Assembly: GCA_964418595.1 (NCBI GenBank)
Contig: CAYQMF010000002.1
Coordinates: 41,723 to 105,722, forward strand
Length of the DNA stretch: 64,000 nt
Direction: 5' to 3'
From: an uncultured candidatus Brocadiaceae bacterium
GTDB taxonomy: Bacteria > Planctomycetota > UBA1135 > UBA2386
Position numbers and translations under genes: made by a program. Within the stretch, counting starts at the first letter, position 1; each line of letters starts with the position of its first letter. The notes beneath the pieces were generated by a model. The model saw nothing but the letters and a program-made list of their open reading frames with translations, ran no database searches and was not told the DNA's origin. This document shows, piece by piece, positions 41,687 to 49,024 of the stretch.

Positions 41687-41938
41687 GTGGTTGTTTCCGT
41701 GGGTCGCCGACTTCGCGCCGCGGCGTGCACCACCCGAGGGTAGAGCACGCGGCACCGCGCCTTCCCTTGTCGGCAGCCGGCGCCCAGAACTTGACCCTGG
41801 CAGCGCAGGATCCGCGCCAGGCTGGGAGATGTGGTCGGCGGAGAGCGGCAACACCGGCTGCGGCCGGGCCGCGCGGCGCCACAAGGGGCGAACGAACGCC
41901 CCGTCGGGCATGCACGCGAACAGGCGCCGCGGCGCCGT

Positions 41939-43372
41939 TCAGCGGGTCTTGATCAGCGTGAAGCCGCGGTAGACGAACTCGATCTGCTCCCGCCCGACCG
42001 CCTTGACCAGGAGATCCTCGTTGACCTGGTCTCCCTCCTGGTAGACGACACCGTTGAGCACGAGGCCCGAGCGCCCCTGCTCGTTGACGACCACGCCCGA
42101 GATGTCGAGTCGTTGGCCGCTGAACTCGACAGCGACCGTCGTCCGCAGGTAGCGGTCCTGGACCTTCAGCACCGCGGCGTATCGCTCGTCGGTCTCCGGA
42201 ACGGCCAGCTTGTCCTTCACCGCCTCGTAGCGATCCTTGGCGAGCTGCAGGTCACCGGCGGCCATGTCCTTCTCCATGGCGACGAGCAGGGCCTCGATGT
42301 CCTGTGCCGTGAGGAACCGATCGGCCGCCGCCGCGCCGGCGCTCGCCAGACCGCGTTGGATCTTGTCCGCGACCTGGACGACGTTCTTGATCCACTGGTA
42401 CTTGAGCGGCTGGTACGAGATCAGCTTCTGCTGCTCGATGTCACCGATCTTCCTGGTGACCTCGGCGAGTCCGAGCTTCAGGTCGTGCTCGAGGCCGTAG
42501 CGCTCGAAGATCGTGATGCCTTCCTCACGGCTCTTCGTGTGGATTGCCTGGATGCGAGCGAGCTCGGACACGAACTCGTCGATGATCTTCTTCTGCTGCT
42601 GATGTGGCAGGCCACCGTTCTCCCGGTCGCCGTAGTTGAACTCCCGCGGATCGACGAAGATGTCGCGTCGACCGCGCGAGTCGCGGAAGTCGTAGCGATG
42701 CAGCCGGATCGCCTGCACGTTGCGGGTGATCTCCTCGGCCAGTGCCTGACGCTTGGCCTCGTAGTTCGGGATCATCACCGGCGTGCTCGTCGCGGCACCG
42801 GTGTAGACGTAGGTCTCGACGACCATGGTCACCTTGTGCTTGACGTCACCGCCGACATCCGTCTCGGTGCCTTGCGCCGTGTCCGTCGAACCAGCGGTCA
42901 GCGACAGGCTCTTGATCTTGACGAACCGCTCGTAGTTCTCGAAGAAGTTCGTGAACTTGAGGGTCTGCCAGAGCGAAGCGCTGAAGTCGAAGCCGTAGCT
43001 CCAGTCCTCGAAATCCCCGGGGCGTTTGGCGCTGCGGCCCGGCACCGGCGCGATCCGATCCATGCGGACGCCCGACTGGGCGCTGAACTGGTGGACCGCG
43101 CGCACGAACGTGATGAGGTCCTCCCGCTCCGGCAGGATCTTCACGTACTCCTTCACCGTTTCGCGCAACGTGATCACCTGGCTCTCGAGATCGGGCACGC
43201 GCCGGATCTTGCCCTCGGCCTCGGCGATCTGCTGGCGGGCCTGCTGCATCTGGTCACGAAGCACTTCGGCCTCGCCCTTGGCCCAGTAGATGCCGCCGCC
43301 GGCGCCACCGCACAACACGACGGTGGCCACGGCGATCAACAGGAGGCGCTGCTTGTCGTTGGCTCGTTTCAC
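41939..43372 (-). CDS. pilO: PilO-like inner-membrane protein fused to a long helical linker and a PilP/HR-like C-terminal beta domain
   Basis: 477 aa with a GTG start and SD GGGAGG 7 nt upstream. The N-terminus has a TM segment (LLLIAVATVVLCGGAGGGIYW) plus coiled coil, then a PilO-like fold (ILPEREDLITFVRAVHQFSAQSGVRMDRIAPV). The C-terminal roughly 70 aa (LDISGVVVNEQGRSGLVLNGVVYQEGDQVNEDLLVKAVGREQIEFVYRG) resemble PilP / GspC-HR domains. No separate pilP gene is present. Confidence 0.7.
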   Translation of the reverse strand: MKRANDKQRLLLIAVATVVLCGGAGGGIYWAKGEAEVLRDQMQQARQQIAEAEGKIRRVPDLESQVITLRETVKEYVKILPEREDLITFVRAVHQFSAQSGVRMDRIAPVPGRSAKRPGDFEDWSYGFDFSASLWQTLKFTNFFENYERFVKIKSLSLTAGSTDTAQGTETDVGGDVKHKVTMVVETYVYTGAATSTPVMIPNYEAKRQALAEEITRNVQAIRLHRYDFRDSRGRRDIFVDPREFNYGDRENGGLPHQQQKKIIDEFVSELARIQAIHTKSREEGITIFERYGLEHDLKLGLAEVTRKIGDIEQQKLISYQPLKYQWIKNVVQVADKIQRGLASAGAAAADRFLTAQDIEALLVAMEKDMAAGDLQLAKDRYEAVKDKLAVPETDERYAAVLKVQDRYLRTTVAVEFSGQRLDISGVVVNEQGRSGLVLNGVVYQEGDQVNEDLLVKAVGREQIEFVYRGFTLIKTR

Positions 43373-43388
43373 GTTCGTCCTCCCTCTC

Positions 43389-44033
43389 TCACTTCACCGG
43401 GCTCGGGTTGGTGTTCCGCTGCCACTCCTGGGCCGGCTTGAAGCCGAGCTGCAGGGTGAACGCGAAGGACTCGACAGGCTCACGCTTGGGGGTCATCTTG
43501 AGCTCGCCCCCGGGCGCGCTCTTCGACACCAGGTCGCGCGCGAACGCCGAGTTCTCGATGTCTTCGTAGAAGTCGGCCACGCGCTTGATCGCGTCGCCCT
43601 GGACCTGCGCGGGCAGGCTGACGGTGGGTCCGGCGCGCTCCGTGCCGTCCGCGACCTGGATCCCGCTGAACCAGGCCAGGTGGCGCTGCGAGTTGCCGTC
43701 GTTGTTCACGACGTCGAGCAGCTGATCCATGAACTCGGTCCAGAGCATGCGCGACGCGCCGATCTGGCGGATCGTCTTGGCGCGCTGCTCGTACGCCTCG
43801 CGTTCGACGGCCAGGGCATCGTGGTAGCTCGCGAACTCGAGCTTGGCGGCCAGCGTGTCGCTGAGGCCCTTCGATTCCACTTCGAGCCTGCCCAGCTCGC
43901 CGAAGTAGATGGTGGCGAACCAGCCGAGGCTGCAGCACACGAGCAGGATGCCGCCGAGCGCCGCAGCGAAGACCTTGGGCGACGTGCGCTCGGCGCGACG
44001 CAGCTCATGGGGGAGGAGGTTGATGTGAATCAT
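43389..44033 (-). CDS. pilN: PilN-like inner-membrane pilus alignment protein
   Basis: MIHINLLPHELRRAERTSPK (INLLP motif), followed by a TM segment and coiled coil. It sits between pilM and the pilO-like gene. Confidence 0.8.
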   Translation of the reverse strand: MIHINLLPHELRRAERTSPKVFAAALGGILLVCCSLGWFATIYFGELGRLEVESKGLSDTLAAKLEFASYHDALAVEREAYEQRAKTIRQIGASRMLWTEFMDQLLDVVNNDGNSQRHLAWFSGIQVADGTERAGPTVSLPAQVQGDAIKRVADFYEDIENSAFARDLVSKSAPGGELKMTPKREPVESFAFTLQLGFKPAQEWQRNTNPSPVK

Positions 44034-44045
44034 GCTGGTTCCACC

Positions 44046-45068
44046 TCAGATGCCGGATGCGAGTCCGACGGCAACGGCGAGTTGTGGCGCGGCGGCGTTC
44101 AGCGCGATCACGTCCACGTTGTCCGCCTTCACCTTGAGCCCGTCGATGGGGTTCCACACGCGGGTCTTCTTCTCGAACGCCTTCTCCATCGTCTCTTCGA
44201 GGAACGGCAGGAACACCGAGCCGCCGGACAGGAAGACTTCCTGCACCTGGCCATCGAACTGGTTCTCGAAGAAGTCGAACGACAGGTTGATCTCGTTGCC
44301 GAGGTCATCGATCACCTGCGTCAGCGCGTCCTGCACGTCCCCGACACGATCCTGGGGGTCACGCTTGAGCGCCTCCGCCTCGAACTGCTCGAGGCCGAAG
44401 CGGCGGGTGATCGCGGTCGTCAGATCCTGACCGCCGACCGGGACCTCACGCGCGAACTGCGTCACGTTGTCGCGCAGGATGTTGATGCAGGTCTTGCAGG
44501 CGCCGATGTCGACCAGCGCCACGACCCGGCCGGGCTGCTGCAGGCCCGGGTTCACGGAGTCGTTCAGCTCGAAGGCGTTGCCCACCGCGAAGCTGTCCAC
44601 GCCGATCGACGATGGCTGGAGGCCGAGGTTGATCAGCATCTGCGCCTGGTCCATGACCACCATCTTCTTGGCGGCCACGAGGAGCACCTTGAGCATGCCG
44701 TTCTCCCCCCCGGCGCCCGGCTCGGAGAGCCGCTGCATGTCGATCTGCACGTTGTCGACCTCGAAGGGGATGTACTTCTCGGCCTCGAGGCGGACGGCGT
44801 CGTGCATCTGCTCGTCGCTCATCTCCGCCATGTCGATGTAGCGGAACACGACCGACTTGCCGCTCACCGCGGTGGCGACCCGCTTGGTGCGGAAGCCGCC
44901 GGCCTTGAACAGGTCGGCGATGGCGTCCTCACGCGCCGCCTCGTTGGGCACGTCCACTTTCGCGAACGCCGTGATGATGTGGTCGTACTTGTCCTGGGTG
45001 AGTTCGATCGCCTTGATCGAATGGCTCCCGATGTCCAGGCCCACGACGCTTCTGCGTTGTTTCAGCAT
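44046..45068 (-). CDS. pilM: PilM, actin-like ATPase-fold pilus assembly protein
   Basis: VGLDIGSHSIKAIEL, EAEKYIPFEV, ALVDIGACKTCINIL and VFLSGGSVFLPFL are typical PilM/FtsA-fold motifs. Confidence 0.9.
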   Translation of the reverse strand: MLKQRRSVVGLDIGSHSIKAIELTQDKYDHIITAFAKVDVPNEAAREDAIADLFKAGGFRTKRVATAVSGKSVVFRYIDMAEMSDEQMHDAVRLEAEKYIPFEVDNVQIDMQRLSEPGAGGENGMLKVLLVAAKKMVVMDQAQMLINLGLQPSSIGVDSFAVGNAFELNDSVNPGLQQPGRVVALVDIGACKTCINILRDNVTQFAREVPVGGQDLTTAITRRFGLEQFEAEALKRDPQDRVGDVQDALTQVIDDLGNEINLSFDFFENQFDGQVQEVFLSGGSVFLPFLEETMEKAFEKKTRVWNPIDGLKVKADNVDVIALNAAAPQLAVAVGLASGI

Positions 45069-45128
45069 TGCATTCCTCGGCTGTCCGCGTGCTGGACAAC
45101 TATCGGAATGCCGGATGCCACGGGTTTA

Positions 45129-45155
45129 GCCGACCCGCGCATCGGGGCGGTCGGC
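45129..45155 (-). terminator. Hairpin between ptsH and pilM (terminator candidate)
   Basis: gccgacc(c) pairs with (g)ggtcggc, a 7-8 bp stem with an 11-13 nt loop. In - strand sense it lies directly downstream of a G9 run. Confidence 0.25.
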
Positions 45156-45163
45156 CCCCCCCC
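45155..45163. repeat. C9/G9 homopolymer tract upstream of pilM
   Basis: ccccccccc at 45155-45163, 87-95 nt upstream of the pilM ATG (45068). It is the longest homopolymer I noticed in an intergenic region. Confidence 0.9.
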
Positions 45164-45358
45164 TACGCTGCAAGGGCCGCAAGTGCTCGCGCGGTGCGCA
45201 AGCTTCACCACGAAGCTCCCTTGCCGTGGGCTCTTCCACTGCGAGGTCCGAGCGGCCCTGGAAGCCCCAGACGATGCCATCGCCGGCGGCCCCATCCGGT
45301 CGTCGCGCCAGCGACGACATCAACCCCTTGGGTTGCGGCCGCCGGCAGCGATGCGCGG

Positions 45359-45643
45359 TCACTGGTCCTCGCCGAAACGGGCTTCGATCAGGCCGCACAC
45401 GGCGCGGATCTGCTCCTCGCAGTCGGGACCCTCCGACTCGAGTTCCAGGATGGCGCCGGCCTCCGCTGCGAGCATCATCACCGACATGATCGACTTGCCG
45501 TCGACGACGACACCGTCGCGTCCGACCTTGAGACTGGACACGTAGGCGTTGGCGGTCTGCACCAGCATGTGCGCGGGCCGCGCGTGCAGTCCGTTCTGGT
45601 TGAGGAGGGTGACGGTCGCCCGACAGACGTCGGATCCGCTCAT
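45359..45643 (-). CDS. ptsH: Phosphocarrier protein HPr (NPr-like)
   Basis: ORF 45359..45748 trimmed to ATG 45643 (MSGSDVCRATVTLLNQNGLHARPAHMLV, His15 context). The Ser46 context is DGKSIMSVMML. Its ATG overlaps the ptsN stop as ATGA. Confidence 0.9.
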   Translation of the reverse strand: MSGSDVCRATVTLLNQNGLHARPAHMLVQTANAYVSSLKVGRDGVVVDGKSIMSVMMLAAEAGAILELESEGPDCEEQIRAVCGLIEARFGEDQ

Positions 45644-46104
45644 CGCGACGGCGACATCTCGATCAGGAGTTCCCTGATCTCGCCCGCGGTCTTCGCCGCC
45701 CGGAAGAAGCGCCGGAAGTCGCCGTTGCGGGCGAGGCCGGAGATCCAACGCAGCGCGGCGAGGTGCTGCTGGGCCTGGGCCGTGGGCGCCAGCAGCAGGA
45801 AGACCGTGTGCACCGGCTTGCCGTCGATCGCCTGGTAGTCGATGCCGTCGACCGACCGCGCCACGACCATGCCGAGAGTCTTGATCTCGTCGCTCTTGAC
45901 GTGCGGGATCGCCACGCCGTTGCCGATGCCCGTGCTACCGATCGCCTCGCGGGCCTTCAGTCGCTCCCCCAGGTCGGCGACCTGCTTCTTGGTCACGAAC
46001 TTCTCGCGCACCGCGATGCCGAGGACCTCCTCCAGGGCGGCGGGCTTCTCGATGGCGGAGAGGGCTTCGACGATGGCAGCGCGGGCGATGAGATCGGCGT
46101 TCAT
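45640..46104 (-). CDS. ptsN: PTS EIIA-Ntr (nitrogen regulatory IIA)
   Basis: ORF trimmed to ATG 46104 (MNADLIARAAIVE). It has active-site context GIGNGVAIPHVK and the typical position downstream of rpoN-hpf. Confidence 0.88.
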   Translation of the reverse strand: MNADLIARAAIVEALSAIEKPAALEEVLGIAVREKFVTKKQVADLGERLKAREAIGSTGIGNGVAIPHVKSDEIKTLGMVVARSVDGIDYQAIDGKPVHTVFLLLAPTAQAQQHLAALRWISGLARNGDFRRFFRAAKTAGEIRELLIEMSPSR

Positions 46105-46305
46105 GGCGGCGGGCAGGGAGCGTGGAAGCCGAGGAAGGCTAGCGCGCGCATCCGCGCAGAGGAAGGCCGCCGCGGACGCGGCCGGGTGGACACGGGCTGC
46201 GGCGGCGTCGGCGCCGGAAGGCCGGCACCGTGGGAGGTTCTGACACACTCGGCCCGTCGGCCCACGGCGACCGATCGGGGAAGGCGCGAGGGTTGCTGGC
46301 CTCCT

Positions 46306-46731
46306 CTACGTTCCCAGGTCCCGACGCACGACATCGTCGTACGTCTCCTCCGGCTCGTCGCGGCGTTCCCCCGCCGGGCCAACCCCGCGTCCGCCGTCGA
46401 CCTTGTGGTCCTTGAGACGCTCCTTGTCCTTCTTGATCTGCCGCTCCATCTTCTCGACGAGGAGATCGACGGCCTCGTGCAGCCCCGACGTCCGCTCCTT
46501 GGCGACGAAGGTCGCCCCGCCGTCGACGTGGACGATCATCTCGACCTCGCGGTCACCCTTGGGATCGTCGGTCAACACCTGGATGCGCGTGATCCGGTCG
46601 TTGAACCGGAGCAGCTTGCTCGCCTTCTTGGTCACGTAGTCGCGGCTGTGGTCGGAGAGATGGCCGTGGCGCGCGGTGACATCGACACGGAACTCGTTCG
46701 GCTGGTGGTGCTTCGCCATCGTGTTGGTCAA
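46306..46731 (-). CDS. hpf: Ribosome hibernation promoting factor / sigma-54 modulation protein family
   Basis: VDVTARHGHLSDHSRDYVTKKASKLLRF..LHEAVDLLVEKMERQIKKDKERLKDH is the typical HPF/RaiA fold sequence. An alternative start exists at Met5. Confidence 0.88.
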   Translation of the reverse strand: MTNTMAKHHQPNEFRVDVTARHGHLSDHSRDYVTKKASKLLRFNDRITRIQVLTDDPKGDREVEMIVHVDGGATFVAKERTSGLHEAVDLLVEKMERQIKKDKERLKDHKVDGGRGVGPAGERRDEPEETYDDVVRRDLGT

Positions 46732-46764
46732 GTGTGCCGCCGCCGTCGGCGGCAGCGGTGGAGT

Positions 46765-47550
46765 CTATCCATCGGCCGTGCCCGCCTCCGTGCTTTCTGC
46801 ACCGCGGACGAGAAGGTCTCGCGGGTAGATCACGCGCAGCAGGTAGAGTCCGCCGGCCTCCAGCGTCGCCGGCGCGTGCCGCCGGTCCCGCGCCGCCAGC
46901 ACGCGTGCGACGTGGTCCGGCGGATGCCTGCCGAGGCCGACCTCCCGGAGCGTGCCCGCGATCGTGCGGACCATGTTGTAGAGGAAGCCGTTCCCCTGCA
47001 CGACCAGGTCGATGCCGTGGCGGCGGCGGAACAGGTGGATCCTGTCGATGCGCCGGACACAGCCCCGGCGCCGGACGTACCCGGGGTTCGTGGCGAACGA
47101 CGAGAAGTCGTGTTCGCCGACCAGGTGCGCCGCACCGGCACGCATCAGGCCGACATCGAGCGGCCGACGCACCCAGTGGTAGTAGCCGTGCGCGACGGCC
47201 GGGCGCTGCGCGCCCAGCAGGAACCGGTAGCCGTATCGCTTGCCGATCGCGTGGAACCGGGCGTGCACGCCGGGATCGATCTCGCGGGCCCCCCGGATCG
47301 CGATCGCGCGCGGGAGCCTGCCGTTCAGCGCCCGGACCAGGGCGTCGAGGGGAAAGCGCCGCGGCAGGTCGGCATGCGCCATCTGCGCGAACGCGTGCAC
47401 GCCAGCGTCGGTGCGGCCCGCACCCTCGACGTGCACCGCCTGCCCGAAGATCACGTGCAGCGTGGCCTCGATGTGTTCCTGCACGCTGGGCAGGCCGGGT
47501 CGCTGGCGTTGCCAGCCGTGCAGGCCGGTGCCGTCGTAGGCCACGGTCAT
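46765..47550 (-). CDS. truA: tRNA pseudouridine(38-40) synthase TruA
   Basis: ORF trimmed to ATG 47550 (MTVAYDGTGLHGWQRQ). The catalytic motif is GAGRTDAGVHA, and FLYNMVRTIAGTL is also present. Confidence 0.92.
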   Translation of the reverse strand: MTVAYDGTGLHGWQRQRPGLPSVQEHIEATLHVIFGQAVHVEGAGRTDAGVHAFAQMAHADLPRRFPLDALVRALNGRLPRAIAIRGAREIDPGVHARFHAIGKRYGYRFLLGAQRPAVAHGYYHWVRRPLDVGLMRAGAAHLVGEHDFSSFATNPGYVRRRGCVRRIDRIHLFRRRHGIDLVVQGNGFLYNMVRTIAGTLREVGLGRHPPDHVARVLAARDRRHAPATLEAGGLYLLRVIYPRDLLVRGAESTEAGTADG

Positions 47551-47641
47551 GAGGACACGCACGGGGTCGCTGTATAGCCGCGGCCACCTCGCCGGCAACC
47601 GTCCGTCCCGGATGCGGAGGCGATCCCGACGGCCGGTCCGA

Positions 47642-48922
47642 TCAGTGGGCGCGCCGGCGCGATCGCGATGGCAGCCCCGACTCGGCGCGTTGCTTCGCGA
47701 CGGTGCGCCGAGCGATCGCGATGCCCTCGCTGGCGAGCAGGGTCGCGAGCTCGTCGTCGGACAGCGGGCGGCGCGGGTCTTCCCCTGCGATCAACGCGGC
47801 GATGCGCGCCCGCACGGCGCGCTGGCCCATCACCGCCGCGTCGTCCGTGCTCGCGCCACCCGTGTCGAAGAACCCGCGCAGCGCGCACGTTCCCTGCGGC
47901 GTGATCACCCATTTGCCGGCAACCGCGCGGCTCACCGTCGATGCGTGCACGCCGATGGCCTCGCCGACATCCTGCATCCGCAGGGGCAGCAGGCGACGTG
48001 CTCCCTCCAGGAGGAACCCGGTCTGCCTGCGCATGACCGCGGTCGTCACCGCAAGCAGCGTGTGGCGCCGGAGGTCCACGGCGCGGATCAGGTCACGGGC
48101 CGCGGCGAGCTTGGGTCGCAGGTACGCGCGCAACTCGGCGTCGCCGTCCTCGGCGAGCGCAGCGCAGCGCGAACTGACCCGCAGCGCCGGCAGGTGCGCA
48201 TCCAGGAGCCGGACGACCACGTCGCCATCCACGAGTTCGACGCTCAGCTCTGGGCGGACCCACAACGGGGTCTCGCGCGCGAAGGTCTCGGCCGGCCGCG
48301 GGTTGAGCTCGCGGATGCGGGCGACGAGACGGTGCAGTTCCGGCAGGTCGACGCCGATGGCGCGCGCCACCTGCGGCAGGCGGTTGCGCGCCAGGTCGTC
48401 GAGGTGTCCGCGCAGCAGCGCCTCGATCGCACCGCGGTCCGCGTCGCCGCGATCGAGCTGCATCAGCATGGCCTCGGCGCCGCACGTCGCGCCGATCCCT
48501 CTCGGTTCGAGAGTGCGCAGGAGCGCCAGGGCCGCAGCAACATCGGCGTCCACGAGCTCCTCCGCCAGGTCACGCTCGTCCATGGTCAGCAGGCCGCGCT
48601 CGTCCAGGTGGCCGGCGACGGCCAGCACGGCTTCGACCATGGCCGGTGTGCATTCGAGCCAGGCGAGCTGCGCGCGCAGATGCTCGTCCAGGCCCGGGCC
48701 TTGGGCTGGGGCGAGATCGACGGCCGAGACCTCGCCGCCGTGGGCGTCGACTCTTGCGGATCGCGGCGGGCGGTCCAACTCCAGCGCCTCGTTGCGTTCG
48801 AACTCCTCGACGATCAGGGCCTCGAGATCGGCAGCAGCGAGTTGCAGGATCTGCAACGACTGCAGCATCTCCGGCATCAGCGCGAGTCGTTGTTCCTGAC
48901 GTTGGTCGAGACGGGCTTGCAC
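47642..48922 (-). CDS. rpoN: RNA polymerase sigma-54 factor
   Basis: ORF 47642..49021; a GTG at 48922 gives (M)QARLDQRQEQRLALMPEMLQSLQILQL, the region I Gln/Leu pattern. The RpoN box is ARRTVAKQR, with an HTH segment (GVHASTVSRAVAGKW). The start is uncertain by 33 codons. Confidence 0.9.
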   Translation of the reverse strand: MQARLDQRQEQRLALMPEMLQSLQILQLAAADLEALIVEEFERNEALELDRPPRSARVDAHGGEVSAVDLAPAQGPGLDEHLRAQLAWLECTPAMVEAVLAVAGHLDERGLLTMDERDLAEELVDADVAAALALLRTLEPRGIGATCGAEAMLMQLDRGDADRGAIEALLRGHLDDLARNRLPQVARAIGVDLPELHRLVARIRELNPRPAETFARETPLWVRPELSVELVDGDVVVRLLDAHLPALRVSSRCAALAEDGDAELRAYLRPKLAAARDLIRAVDLRRHTLLAVTTAVMRRQTGFLLEGARRLLPLRMQDVGEAIGVHASTVSRAVAGKWVITPQGTCALRGFFDTGGASTDDAAVMGQRAVRARIAALIAGEDPRRPLSDDELATLLASEGIAIARRTVAKQRAESGLPSRSRRRAH

Positions 48923-49024
48923 GGCGACAGGGGCTCCGCTCCCCCATCGACATCGCCGCGCGTGCCACCGGCCCGCAACGGATCGATCCGTCCCGCCGTG
49001 AGACCCCGCGGAACGCGTCACCCG

